From contig MU057809.1 of the NCBI GenBank assembly GCA_013265495.1, forward strand, positions 124,001 to 188,000: a stretch of 64,000 nucleotides of DNA, given 5' to 3'. The translations under genes and the position numbers were made by a program. The DNA comes from Vicugna vicugna. Its lineage: Eukaryota. A model generated the notes under the pieces. The model saw only the letters and a program-made list of their open reading frames with translations. It was not told where the DNA came from and ran no database searches. Below, in pieces: positions 1-12,569 of this stretch; within the stretch, counting starts at the first letter, position 1; each line of letters begins with the position of its first letter.

Positions 1-408
1 TCTCTTGTGTTGAGGAAACGCAGTCCCCTCTGGATGCGTGTGCCGGGGCGTGTGCCGGGGCGGAGTCAGCGCGCTGCCCTTCAGGTCCCGGCTTCAGGGG
101 TGCCCGGTGGGTGTTTGCCGAGCGGGTGGTGACGGCTCCTCCCCTACCAGCGCCTCCCCTGTCGTCACTGCTTCCGAGTCCGCACGCTCGTGTAACGAGC
201 GCTGTTGGGGCGTTTTGTTTTAGCGCAGCCTTTGGGCTCTCAGGTGAAGACACGGACGTCACCTCCAGGACGCTGTGCCCACTTGTGAGCAGACAGCCCC
301 TCACTTTTGGGCACTCCGTGTGGAACTGACTTGCCTGATGGGCCGGGTTTGGGCTTGATGTGCTGCTTAACCTTCTTTTCCGTTTGTTCGTTCGTTTTCC
401 TCTTCAAG

Positions 409-495
409 ATGGACTGCGTGGCTGCCCACCAAGAACATGGATCACGCATCTCCCACTTGGAAGATGTTCTCAGGAAGCTGACAGAAAACTCTGAG
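409..495 (+). CDS. SUN1: SUN1 internal exon ([29 protein letters not shown])
   Basis: Polypyrimidine tract + aag acceptor, GAG|gtacc donor; 87 nt, phase 0-0; resembles human FHQEHEVRMSHLEDILGKLREKSE. Confidence 0.9.
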
Positions 496-3400
496 GTACC
501 CACTCTCCACCCCTTAGTTGTAGCCCCAGCACCGTGGCTTCCTCCGTCGTCGTCGCCCAGTCACTGTCTTCGTGGCCCCACCGCCTTCGGGTGCTTCTGT
601 AGGTACTTGCCGCCGTCCTTCGTAAAGCTGAAGAAAGCACCCTCCCCGGCGGCCTTTCCCTGGGCAGCCCCGCTCCAGAGCTTTAGCGTTAGAGTGTCTG
701 CAGCCCACTGGTTTTTGGTGTCTTTTTAAGAGGGGCCGGGGCCAGGCTTTGAAAACAGGAGGCAGGTCTCCAGGTTCTGGGGTCCCCGAGTCTCTTGGAT
801 GTCACACAGCCTCCACCAGTGTGACCTTGTCGGCAGAGGGGTGTGAGCCTTCCGGCAGACCGGTTTTCTGGTTGGAGGGGCTGTTGAGGTCCAGCGTTGG
901 TGGCAGCGGAGGGAGGCACCCAGGTGTGGGCCGGGGCCGGTGGGGACGTGCCTGCTGGCTGGCCTCAGGGGAGACACACAGCCCTCGGGGGGCTCAGGAT
1001 TGGCTGCCGCATTGCTGACACTGGTGGTGTCTGCGGGTGCAGTCCATTTGCTGACCAGACGTTTCCTGAGTGTGGAGGGGAGGGGGCCGAGGAGGAGGCA
1101 GGTGTCCTGCCTGGACCCGCCCAGGGCCCCCGCTGCCCTGGGCGCCATCGAGGCTCAGCCTAACGAGCGGACCAGCTAACCCACCCCGTCTGCGAGCTGC
1201 CATCTTAGGAAGTCCTGCTGCTCGCGTAAACGGGCCCTTTTCTTTCCCTCGTCCCTCCGCGTTTAGAAGACACTCTCAGAGGTGGCGGTGCCGCCGTCCT
1301 CAGCCTGCGTGCTGAGTCCGGGGGCGGCTTAACCGAAAGCCCACGAAGCCGCTCCCTGTGATTTGTGCACCTCTCTGAGCACGTGGTGTATGTCTTTTAA
1401 GAGTTTGCTTTGAAAAATAGACATCCCTCTCCAGCCAGCAGGCAGGTCTGGACTTTGAATTAAGGGGGAAGAAAATCTCAGATGCGTGTGTGCATTTTCA
1501 TTTATATCTGTATCTGTATGTAAAGTCAAGTGTATGGTTCATGGAAAGTTAGTGTGTAACTTGTGTGTTTAAACGGACTGTTTCTGCCACCCTTTAGGCC
1601 ATCCAGAAGGAGTTAGAAGAGACCACTCTGAGGACAGTGAGGTAGGGGAAATTCAGATGAATTCCTGTCCCTCTGGCGTGTCCCCCTTTTGGCCGCTGTG
1701 TGCACCTGGCTTGGCGGGCTGTGGCGGGCAGGCACGCTCACCTCTCAGAGACCCTCTCTGGGGCACCTGAGGGTGGAGGGGGCCTGGGGGCTTGTTGCCG
1801 TCACCCCACGCAGTCACCCTGGCTGTGCCTGGAGAGACTCGCTGCCTGGACGGGTCTACAGGGGCCCCAGGGCCGGACGAGCTCATGTCCCAGGGTAGAG
1901 CGGGCCCCACGCCACCTGGCTCGGCCCTTGTCCCCACTCAGCAGCCTCTCCAGTAGACGCAGCCCCATCTCTCAGCGGCCTAAGGGTGGTGGCATTTGGT
2001 CCTCACACCCAGGTCCCCTCTCCTCCGCACGTGTCCGCTCCCCCGGACTGCCCTGGCAGCCTGGAGCCTCCTTCTGAGCCACAGGGTGGCTGTCCCTCTC
2101 ACACCCTTGGCTTTACCATCCGGGCCCTCTGCACCCCTTTGTCAGGACAGGACACCCTCACCCTCCGTTGCTCCCATAATTGATGGGGCTGTACTCTAAG
2201 CCACGTCCTCCTGTCGCTGGGCTCGTGTGTTTCTGCGGCTCTTAGACCCCACCTGTCCTTCTGCGAGGACAGGGATAACTTCGCTACTTCCCTGCACAGC
2301 CTTCGCTGCAGGAGAAAGGTGTTCTGATCTGTGAGGCCGGCCCTCCATGTGTGTCCTGGAGTGAGCTCTCCTGAGACATGGACTGTCGGCCTCTGAATGA
2401 CTGTACCTACGTCTAAACAAACATGTTGTGATGGTTTGTAACATACATACATTAACATAGAATGATTAAAACCCTGAAGCCATACATTTTTAGTTTAGTT
2501 TTCTCTTCCAGTAACGTGAAAAGTTCATATTTAACTTTAAAATGGTTATCAATAAATATTGTCTCACTTCTGAAGTCTTTTTCAGAAATTTAAGGAGCTA
2601 GGCATAGGTTTTAAATCTTTAATAGTTTGGCGTGCCCCCCAGCACCGCTGAGCGTGCTGGGCCTCCTGCCTGGGTGGGGGTGCGTGTGCGCGTGTGCACG
2701 TGGATGCTGACGGGGGAGAAGACCTCCGGATTCTGACCTGAACCTGGTGGCGCTTCCCTGCTGCTGTGGGCAGGCTGCTGAGTTTCAGCTGACCTGCCTG
2801 GGAGTGTGGGCAGTTTGTCCTGCATGTGCTGCTGCCGGCAGCTGACCCGTCTCCCCCTTCCCAGCGGGATGGACGAGGCCCAGCGCCTCCTTGCCCTGGT
2901 CCGGCACCTGGAGCAGGAGCTGGGCCGTCTGAAGTCGGACCTGACCGCCGGGCTGCAGTGCACAGGCAACAGCTGTGAGAAGGTGGGTGCCGTATGTGGA
3001 ACGTACGTTTCCTCACGTTTCACATCTTGTTTTATCACAGAAAATAGAAGAACACTCGGGTTGATGGCCTACGTTTACATTAACTTCAGCTTTCTTTGAA
3101 GGCTGTAGTTTACTGTGTTTGAAGTCTTTTAACACTTGAGAGAAAATAATTAAAAATCCAGCTCCTTGACATCCCCCATTCCAGTGACGTGGGACGTGGA
3201 CGCGAGTGCGCGTCTGTCCTTTGCGCTCCGGCGGCCAAGGCCAGCCTCTCCCTGGGCAGCTGTGCCTTCTCACCACCAGACTTGGCTGCAGCTGTGTCTC
3301 ACACCCAGCTCCCAGACACTGCTTCCGGCCCGTGTGTCCTCATGCGGACTAGGAGACCTGGACAGTTAGAGCTGCGTGGAAATAAAAAGGCCAGTGTTTG

Positions 3401-6400
3401 AATGGCAAACGTGCTAAGTCAGAGGCAGGAGGCAAGGTGCACGTGGCCCCGCCGTGGGGTCTGGGCTCCCAGGAGGCAGCACCGTCGGGGCGGAGCGGGC
3501 GGGGACATCTCCCCAGTCAGGTTTGAGGTTAGATGAATGACGGTTCCTCGGTCCTCAAGTGATGACAGTTGCACCAGTGCCGGTGGGGGAGTGGGGTGCC
3601 TGCAGGCTTTGGGGGAAGGCCTCAGAATAGGCACGAGTACAGAGGTACACAGTCTGCAAAATGATCAGCCGCACTCGGGACTGCCGATGCAGGGGCGGCA
3701 GCCCCAGTGCAGGTGGGCGCGGGGGTCCCGGGGGTGGCACCACGGGACACCCAGGGCCTTTCCTCCCCATCCTGGTCTCTGAGGCAGGGTGGTGGTCACA
3801 CACGTCATCGTGTGTGGCAATGATGCTGCCTGCGGAACGTCTCCTTTCGGGTGCTGGCTGCCGGGGCCCTTCTTCCTGCAGCCCTGTGGGCACACAGGGC
3901 GCTGGCTTCTCCGCCCGTCCTCGGGAACCTGCTCCGGCTTCTGTGAGGGCTCTCAAGGTCCGCGCGGAGGAAGGAGTTGTGTCCCTTTTATGCCACGGTT
4001 TTGAGGGGCTGAGTCTCCCGGCGGACCTAGGGTGACAGGGTGAAGAGTCACGATGATTTTGCTAGGACGGCAGATTCATGCCACACTCACTCGTGATTTC
4101 CTAGGTGGACACCCAAGTCCGAGAAACGGTCAGGCTCCTGTTTTCGGGTGACCATCAGGATGGCTCTCTCGAACAGCTGCTCCAGAAGTTTTCTTCTCGA
4201 TTTGTAAGCAAGGATGACCTGCAGGTTTTACTGCGGGAGTTAGAGCTGCAGATCCTGAGGAACATCACCCACCACGTCTCCGTGACGAAGCAGATGCCCA
4301 CTTCTGAGGCGGTGGTGTCTGCCGTGAATGAGGCAGGCGTTCCTGGAATAACAGAAGCGGTGAGTGGGTGGCAAGAGAGGCCGTGGCGTTCTGGTCCGAG
4401 GGCGGGCTCCTGGGGGCCGGCCCTCGCGGAAGGGCGCGGCGCCTCGCGTGGCACAAGGGAGGCGCGTGCCAGCTGCTGCCGTCAGTCTGCTTCTCAGGAG
4501 TACTCTGTGCTTCGCTGCCGTTCTTGTCCCAAGGATCTTTCCTACCTGGGTGGCCACATACCATCTGGAGTTTACAGAGTCCCCATGACACAGTCTGAGT
4601 GACTCTGACTGTCGGCCCGCTGTGTCCACTTCTCTGACTCGGAGTTCAGGCTTGGAGGGCTCTGTGCCTGTGTCTGAGCCTGGGTGGAAAGGCTCTGGGC
4701 CTGCCCGCCCTGTCTGATGGGCCCGCAGTCTAGTGCGGGGCCGAGTCTGGCCGATCAGGCCCCAAGTCGAGTTGGCGGGACGTAGTTCTTAGGAGACGCG
4801 TCTGGCGTCTGTTTCTGCGATTAACGCGTAAGTCTTGTTTCTGATGCTGCCGCGGCGTCGGTCCTCGTGGGCACCCCCTCCGCGCAGCAAGCGCGCGCCA
4901 TCGTGGACAGCGCCCTGAAGCTGTACTCCCAGGACAAGACCGGCATGGTGGACTTTGCCCTGGAGTCTGGGGGTAAGTACGGGCCCTGCCAGCGAGACGT
5001 CAACCCGAGGGGCCCAGCGGTAGCCGCCCTGTTAGAACCCGAACCTTCTGGGAGAGAGCTTTCTCCTCGGCGAGCCCCTCGTGTTCTGTTTCGAAGGGCT
5101 GGTGGCTAAGCTGAGCGCACCAGCCGGGGGCTGATGGTGGTGTCAGTGAAGTCCCCACTTAGGGGCATTTCAGCAGCTTTTGGGTTCTTCCACGTCTCCA
5201 GTTCTTGCCCTCCTGGTAGAACCCCTGCCTCCTCCTCTTCTCTTGACACGTCCTGTCCGTGCTCCGTAAAACAGCACGAGAGACAGCTGTGCAGAATGAG
5301 CGCAGTGAGGGTAAACACGGCTTTGAGGGTTTTCTTCCTGTGTCCCAGAGACCTGTTTGAAAACCACTGCTCCACACAGGGTGCAGCAGGCGACTGAAAC
5401 CTACTGACTGTCCCATTGAGAAATGGGTCCATCAGACCTTGAAGTCACGCATACCCTCGTGGTTTTTAGTATCCAAAAAAGTAGAGTTTTCTGGCCTCTT
5501 GTAGTTTCATTTTAAGTTTAAAAAGGGAGTCACTGTATTTAAAGAGAAACATTTTTAGAACGAGAATAGAATATTTTAAAGATAGTTCAGTGGTTCAGAA
5601 GTTCCGGCCTGTTGATGAGGTGGACCAAAGTCATGCTGTTTTTTGGTAAGTTCCCACCTGGCCAGCCCCCTCCCCCATTCTCAGGAGAGTCCCTGGGGCC
5701 TGGGGCTGGGTCTTGTGGGTGTCCTCAGGGCCCGTGGTGGACAGCCAGAGGGAGGGACCGTCGTGTCCTAGGACGACTAGTACGAGCTTTCAGGAGTTTC
5801 CACTTGTGTTACTCGCTTACATGTTTTTAATGTATTTCCGTTTTCTGCACTGGCTTGTTGGGCTGCTTTGGCACCAGTGTCCTGTCCGCCCTGCTTCCTA
5901 TTGACGGGCAAACTGGACTTCTTAACGCTTTTAAAATTATCGTCATTATCGAGATACAGTTCTCATGACGTAAACGTCACCACTTTAAAGTGCACAGCTC
6001 AGCGGGCTTCCGTGCGTCACGCTGGACAGCAGTCCCTGCCGTCCAACTCTGGACATTTCTGTCACTGGAAGCGGCAGCCCCGAGCCTGGCAGTGAGCAGA
6101 CACTTGCACCCGCCCGGCAGCTGGCAGCTGTCCTGATGGTTGGGCCGGCCTCTGAAAGCCCACCTGCCGGTGGCTGGTGCCTGGCAGGTGCCTTGTTCTT
6201 AGTTGAAGACGTGACCCGAGCTCGTTCAGAGTCCCTGCTGCGTAGTAGCAGGTGGGGAACCCGTGGCGGAGTTTCCGGTCTGCAGTCAGTGCAAAGCGTG
6301 TCCTGCAGTGGCAGCTGCAGACTGTAATGCAGAACGTGGGGACGGTGAAGCCAGGAGTGGAGTTGGTCTGAGGGTAGGAGGCCCTTTGGGCAGGTTAGAA

Positions 6401-9400
6401 ACTTGAGACCCTTCAGAGCGTTTCCGATGAACCCCTGGGGTGGGCAGTGGCGCTGCTTCCTCTGTGGTGGCGTCCGTGCTGAAACGGGTCTCGCCTCCTC
6501 TTGCAGGCGGCAGCATCTTGAGTACTCGCTGTTCGGAGACGTACGAGACCAGGACGGCGCTCATCAGCCTGTTCGGCATCCCGCTCTGGTACCTGTCCCA
6601 GTCCCCCCGCGTTGTGATCCAGGTGAGCGGCCGGGTGGCGTGTGTCCTCAGCCAGCTGGGGAGCAAGACACACCCAGGGCGCACCTCCCAGGTGTGGGCT
6701 CGACAGCCTGGGAAGCAGCCCGGCACCCGCTCGACGCCGCCAGGTGTTCCTCATGTTGGAGCTTGGCGTCCTGTCTGGTGTGGGGCCTCCCCCGCCTTGT
6801 CTGCGGGTGCTCCCTGTCGGCTGCAGGGCGTGCTATGGCTTCGAGACCTGGTTGTGTGCTGTGGTTTTAAGGAAGTAGAATGGGGTAGGGGCACGGGTGG
6901 CATCGCAAGAAGACCCCTCCCTTGGTGACCTGTGTTTGCCGAGCTCCTACCCGCCGTGTCTCCAGCGGGCCCTGCTGCTTTGGCCACCGCAGAGGGCAGG
7001 AGCACGGGGACTTCAGGGCTCAGATCCATTCACTTTACCCCAGTACTAAAACGCGGCCTTCTCTTAATGACGTGTTTTGAAGAAATTGCGGTCACTCTTT
7101 TTACGTGGAAGGTCCACGTGGTCGCTGGCTCTCACGTGGCGAGCGCCAGCCCAGGCCAGAGGATCTGTGACTAGGTGCAGCATTCAGTCAGTGTCGGTGC
7201 GCCTGGCGCTCCAGGGCCTCTGGTCCGGCCCCTGCCCCAGTACCTGTCTTGTCCTTGGCGGCCCAGGCAGGCGTCCGCAGGGGGCACTGCGTGGCTCTCC
7301 CTCCATGGTCAGCACCGGGCAGACTGCGTGGCCTGGCGTCTGGAAGCACAGGTGGGTCAGCACGGCTGCTGGGCCACCTTCACACTGTGGCCTCAGCTAC
7401 GCTAGTTGCACCCCTCGCCATGACCTAGATCAGATGTCCCGAGAGTCCCCACGTCCCAGGATGTCCCTGCCTTGCAGACTGGGTCTGGAGATGAGGAAGG
7501 AGTTGGCCGCACTCTGGGGGGGGGGCGTGTGTGGGTGGGAGCGCGGGAGGTGGGCCTGCTCAGGGCCACGCAGACACCTGATGGGGGGATGCTGGGAACG
7601 AGGACCCCAACTGTCACAGGCTGAGTGACAGACGGGCTCCTAGCAGAGTCTGTGAAAAATCTAGGAGCGGCAGATGGAGGACCGGCCCCCTACAAGGGAG
7701 GCTCACGTGCAAGCTCTGTGGGCAGAGGGAGCTTGGCCACAGGGCTAGAGCCCTTTGCACAGAGGCCGCAGGTGGGTTCCTGGGCGGGGACCACCAGGAC
7801 TGAGCCCGGGCGCCCCCCAGCTCTGTGCACATCCCTGCCCACCCGCCCCGGGCACTGGGGTCACGCTACGGTCCCCCACAGCGGCCCCGCGGCCCATCTG
7901 ACCAGGCCTTGGCACAGGCTCACAGCACCTCTGTTGCGGGTGGACATTCTGGTGGGGTGGGGAGCTCCTGCTGTGCTGTGTGCTCTGCCAGCATGGTGGG
8001 GGCCGGGGTCCCAGGCAGGGGCACAGGCCATTCTCCCGGTGTTGCTGGCTCTGGCTCCAAGGTGGGGGTTGAGTGTGGGAGTGTCCACAGCAGTGCCCGC
8101 AGGTGTCGCCAGGTTCGGGGCTCCCTGTCAGTCTGTCAGGTGGGTCTCTGCCAGTTGTGTTTTTCCTTGTTGCTTCACGAGGTGGAGCATCTTCCCTGTG
8201 TCGGAGGACCGCTCAGAGCTGTTTTTCTTTGAGGGGTGTGTGTGGCACCTTGTTCTGTGAGGTCCCGGCCAATGCTCAGACAGCTCGCCTGGCCCTGTGG
8301 ACAGTGGGTACCCTTTGGGATTAAGTCCCAGGTGCCTTTCGCAACTTTGTCTTCTGGTTTGCTTATGATGGTTTCTTGCCAGCAGAATTTCTTCTGTCTT
8401 TCTCTCAGTATTAACCGATTTTCCTATCACTGCTGCGTTTTGAGTGGTGAAGAGTTCAGCTAAGTGTGCGTGTCTGCTTTCCCCCAGCCTGACATCTACC
8501 CAGGGAACTGCTGGGCGTTCCGAGGCTCCCAGGGGTACCTTGTGGTGAGGCTGTCCATGCGGGTCCACCCGACCGCCTTCACCCTGGAGCACATCCCGAA
8601 GACCCTGTCGCCCACGGGCAACATCACCAGCGCCCCCAAGGACTTTGCGGTCTACGTGAGTGCCTCGTCCCCGGCCCACGGGGAGCCCTGCCCGCTCTGG
8701 GAGGCTCCCCGAGACACACCCCGTGAGGGCCCGTGATGTGCGTGTGTGGCCTGTGCCGTCTCCCAGCCTCCCTGCCCTTAACGCTCTGAGGAGCAGGTGA
8801 CCGTGGAGACTTTCCCAGGAGGTGACTTACGAACCTGCGTGGTTTCGAGCACAGCCCGACAGCCTGGAGGGCTCGGCCTCACCTCTTGCGTCTGATCGCT
8901 GTGAGGGCGATTCTGATGCAGCGTGAGGCCGAGTGGACCGGAAAGTGCGGGAGGGGAGCACACCGGGACCCCGGCCCCGTGGATGCCACCGTTGATGCTG
9001 TGGCATTTCGCCTGAGGAGTGCACTTGGCCAACACTGTCTGTAAAACTTCATTTCGTGCCTTAAAAAAAAGAGCTTGCCGTGCACATTTCTCCCTGGCAA
9101 TGAACTTCACTAACGTCAGGTGTGCAGACAGGTCGTCCTGACATCTGTCTACTAGAGGGGTCGCCGTCCATCACCGGACACTTGGCCCCTTCACCCGCTC
9201 CTCCCACATGGCAGCGGAAGGCACCGCTGTGTCACTGACCCTTGTGCACTTGGCCGGTCCTCCTGCTGCTGACACCTCGGCCCCACACTGCAGGACAAGT
9301 GCAGCGCCTTCACACCTTCAGCTCAGTCCTGAGGCTCGGCACTGAGGTGCTGTCGCTGTCCGCAGGGTAGCAAGGGCCACTGACCCCTGTGCCGCTGGCA

Positions 9401-10855
9401 CCCCTACCTGCAGCTTCTTGTAGTTCCTTTGCGTCCTCTCTAACACCTCTGCTGACGGACGGATGAAAAATCTCCTCTTACTCCATATTTCTTTGTGTCT
9501 TAATGCATGTTTCCTTTTTCTGTAGGTTCTAGTTTTGTTTCTATTCTTTTATCTTTTGGGCTCTTAGTTTCCTTATGAGTATTTGAGCTTTTAACGCAAG
9601 GATAGTAGTCAGGTATAATGCTGCTACAGGCCCACCTCGCGTCAAGCTTCACTGTGCGTTTGCTCGCACCTGCTCACAGCCTGTCACTTCTCCCAAGGCA
9701 CCTGTGTGCCTGGAGAGTCCTGTCCCATCAGGAGACAAGACATTCAGGTGGCACCTGTGTTTCCTGCTGTTACTTGTTTATTGTGGTAAGACGCACGACA
9801 TGAATACACCACCTTAACCATGTTGAGGTGTGCAGCTCGGACACGAAGCACGTTTACACTGCTGTGGCCATCACTGCCACCATCTCCAGGACCTTCCATC
9901 TTCCCAGACTGAGACTGTCCCGTTAAACGCTGACTCTCCCCGGTCCTGGCCCCTTCCCTCTACCTTCTGTCTGTGTGAGTTGACCTTCTCTGGGCCCTGT
10001 ATGCTGCTGACCTGCTCACTGGGGACCTGATTCTCCAATTGGGAGCGGGAGGGCACAGGGGGCCACATGGGTGACGCGGTCTGCGCAGTCGGACAGTCAC
10101 TTCTCCGCCACCTGCCCGTGGGCCCTCTTTCAGCCTCGGTGTTCCTCTGGTGTCCTGGGAGCAGCGGCGCCCACCTCGTGCACTTGGGGATGTGTCTGCG
10201 CGGAGCCCTCGGCAGGATGTCCGGCGCCCCTGCTGCACCGGAGGGGCCCTTTCCCCACGTCCGCGGTCCCAGCTGGCTCGTGGGCGTGTCCCTGTACTTA
10301 GAGGCTGTGTGCTTTTGTTTCAGGGGTTAGAAAGTGAGTATCAAGAGGAGGGACAGCTCCTGGGGCAGTTTACCTACGACCAAGACGGGGAGTCCCTGCA
10401 GACGTTCCCCACCCCGGTAAGGACCTCGCACCGCCAGGACACGGTGAGGCTAACAGGACTTCCCACGGTGCCTGAGGCCCAGCCTCCAAGGACCTGGTCT
10501 GCGCTTCCTGGCCTCTCTGTTCCTGAAAGGGCCTCCGTAGTGTACATTGGGCTTTTATAGAAGTGCCAGACGTAGGGAGTCCTCGGCTTTCTGAGCTCTG
10601 TGTATGAAAGATGATGTAGCTCACGTTGAAAACCTTCACCTCCAGCTGGGCTGCTTGAGTCAGATGTCATAGCTGGGAGTGATTGGGCTTGGGGGTGTTA
10701 ACGTGAAGTGAGTATGATTTTTTTCCCCACTTCGATTTCAGAAAAGACCTGAAGGAGCTTTCCAGATAGTGGAACTTCGGATTTTTTCTAATTGGGGCCA
10801 TCCTGAATACACGTGTCTTTATCGGTTCAGAGTCCATGGAGAACCTATCAAGTAA
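409..10855 (+). CDS. SUN1: SUN domain-containing protein 1 (LINC complex inner nuclear membrane protein), 3' part: 9 coding exons encoding luminal coiled coils and the SUN domain; 5' exons lie upstream of the window
   Basis: Exons 409-495, 1598-1641, 2865-~2982/2991, 4105-4359, 4888-4972, 6507-6622, 8488-8655, 10324-10416 and 10742-10855 are all GT-AG flanked and phase-consistent. Translation includes [67 protein letters not shown] and [24 protein letters not shown], matching recalled mammalian SUN1. Confidence 0.97.
1598..1641 (+). CDS. SUN1: SUN1 internal exon ([15 protein letters not shown])
   Basis: tttag|GCC acceptor, AG|gtagg donor; 44 nt, phase 0-2; resembles human AIQKELEQTKQKTIS. 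Confidence 0.9.
2865..2982 (+). CDS. SUN1: SUN1 internal coiled-coil exon ([26 protein letters not shown]...SCEK); 3' end uncertain
   Basis: cccag|C acceptor completes the phase-2 codon. In-frame donors are possible after 2982 (AAG|gtgggt), 2991 (GCC|gtatgt) or 3006 (TAC|gtttcc). Confidence 0.75.
4105..4359 (+). CDS. SUN1: SUN1 internal exon ([18 protein letters not shown]...GITEA)
   Basis: ctag|GTG acceptor, GCG|gtgagt donor; 255 nt, phase 0-0. Confidence 0.95.
4888..4972 (+). CDS. SUN1: SUN1 internal exon ([28 protein letters not shown])
   Basis: gcag|CAA acceptor, G|gtaagt donor; 85 nt. Confidence 0.95.
5930..6120 (-). mobile_element. Old LINE-1 (L1M-type) 3'-end fragment in a SUN1 intron
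   Basis: gagatacagttc...caccactttaaagtgcacagctcag resembles the reverse complement of L1M 3' ends (recalled). Confidence 0.55.
6507..6622 (+). CDS. SUN1: SUN1 SUN-domain exon ([38 protein letters not shown]), including the KASH-binding cysteine and KASH-lid
   Basis: ttgcag|GC acceptor, CAG|gtgagc donor; 116 nt. Confidence 0.96.
8488..8655 (+). CDS. SUN1: SUN1 SUN-domain exon ([16 protein letters not shown]...APKDFAVY)
   Basis: cccag|CCT acceptor, TAC|gtgagt donor; 168 nt. Confidence 0.96.
9775..9995 (-). mobile_element. Old LINE-1 (L1MB-like) 3'-end fragment
   Basis: tttattgtggtaaga...ccttaaccatgttgaggtgtgcag...catcttcccagactgagact...ttctgtctgtgtgagttgacc resembles an L1MB 3' end in reverse. 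Confidence 0.7.
10324..10416 (+). CDS. SUN1: SUN1 SUN-domain exon ([31 protein letters not shown])
   Basis: tttcag|GGG acceptor, CCG|gtaagg donor; 93 nt. Confidence 0.96.
10742..10855 (+). CDS. SUN1: SUN1 terminal coding exon ([37 protein letters not shown])
   Basis: tttcag|AAA acceptor; TAA stop at 10853-10855. Confidence 0.96.
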   Translation, partial: KRPEGAFQIVELRIFSNWGHPEYTCLYRFRVHGEPIK

Positions 10856-12481
10856 AGAGCATGCCCGCGCTCGCACATCTGTATATACTGGGACGGCCTG
10901 GAACACTGGGACCCTCTGTGAATGCCGGCGCCGACAGCAGGACAGCGTTACCCTTCATTCAATGCTGCCGGCTGCTGGCAGGGCACAGACATGGACGTGA
11001 TCACTGCTCTGACCCCCCGCTCCCTCTTCTGTCCACAGGAAACACTGCATGCTGCGTGCCGGGTGTGCGGGGGCCCGTCATTGCAGGTGACCTCTGGAAA
11101 TTCATTTGAATGTATGGTTCACAAAGACACTTGCTTTTGGGGGGTGGGGGATTTGTTTGTGAACATAAAGCTCTTTATATTTGTATTTGCTTGACATCAG
11201 GAACAAAGCAGAAGTTAAGAGGTTGGAAGTGTTCTTGAAGCCGTGATGGCCTGGCCTTTCACTGGCCCTTTACAAGGACTCCTGGGGCAGATGGCGTTTA
11301 TCTGTTCAGCCCCGCACGTCTCTTTCAGGGAAGAACAAGGTCACCAAAGTTCAGAGCTCTGAGCCCCCTTCCTCTGGGGTGAGATTGCCCCCAGTTCAGC
11401 ACCAGTAGTTATTTTAAGTCGCCAGGTGGGGAAATACAGAACCTGTGGGCTTCTGCTCAGTGTGCTCCTCCTGAGGAGGCTCTTCTGTCAGGACGTGGCC
11501 TGCCTTAACCAGCCAGGAATCCTGGAGCCCCGCCTGTTGCAGGCTGAAGTGGGTCTGCTCGGAAGGCGGCTGGCCTGGATCCAGACAAGCGCGTGAACAG
11601 ATTCTCAGGTCTCCCCTGGGCTCATCCCGGCAGACTTCCCCTGCAGCTTTCACTTCACACTATGAATAGGAACCAAGAAATTCTCTCTCCTGGATGTTTT
11701 CAGGTTCTGTTTTGAATTTTGCTGAAAAGCAAACACTAACATGATCTAAATCTTTCAGAGGCTTATGTTTTTATTCCACTGGTGTAACGTTATCAGAGGA
11801 GATTGTCCAGTGTGGCAAATTCATGAAACCACTCCATGTGGCGATTCCATCTTTCCAGCAGCACCTTGTCCTGGCGCTGGGTGGGGCTGGCCTTGGGTTG
11901 CTGCTACTGTGGTCCGCTCTCTAATTCCTGTGAGACATGTTTTGGTTATAATTAATATTTAATACTTAGAATATTTTACTGAGCAGACTTTATAAATGAG
12001 ATATCTGCAAGGCACTCAAAGTGTTACAGATGTTTTACCTTAAAAATTATTTAAGTTTTACTGGGTTAAGAGTTTTTTGGTGTACCATACTTGTATTTTC
12101 AGAAAAAGATAAAAAGATGGTGCTGACTGGTTTTCTGAGGAGTTTTATGTATATTGCACAACAGTCCTCAAAATACAGAAATACATAAAGTAGCATTTTT
12201 TCACTCTTGTTAGATTTGGAACTCATGCCTATGCAGTTAAGTTGGGTAAAATGTATACAGATGTTTCATATATTACAGGATAAATATATAAATTAAAATT
12301 TCCTATATAAAAAACTAAATTTGGGAGTTGGGGTGGAAATATTTTGAATATTAATTTATTTTTAAAGATGCAGGCTAGGACTTTGTGCGATGTATTTTTG
12401 TAAACCCTTTTCAAAATACTTGTCTTTGGTAGTGCTTCTTTTGCTGCCACCAAGTTGATTAAGATGCTATTGAAATGTTTA

Positions 12482-12535
12482 AATAAAGAGTTTTAATTTT
12501 TAAAAGCACATGTGACATTTCGAGTGAGTAATAAA
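12482..12535 (+). terminator. SUN1: Candidate SUN1 polyadenylation signals (AATAAA at 12482-12487 and 12530-12535)
   Basis: Two canonical hexamers at the end of a ~1.7 kb 3' UTR whose distal part is AT-rich, followed by GT/T-rich sequence. Confidence 0.75.
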
Positions 12536-12569
12536 CAGTGTATTTTTTCCTCAGCTTGCCTTCTCTCTG

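Noticed and set aside
36..61. 12-bp tandem duplication gcgtgtgccggg x2
   Set aside because: Trivial intronic slippage duplication.
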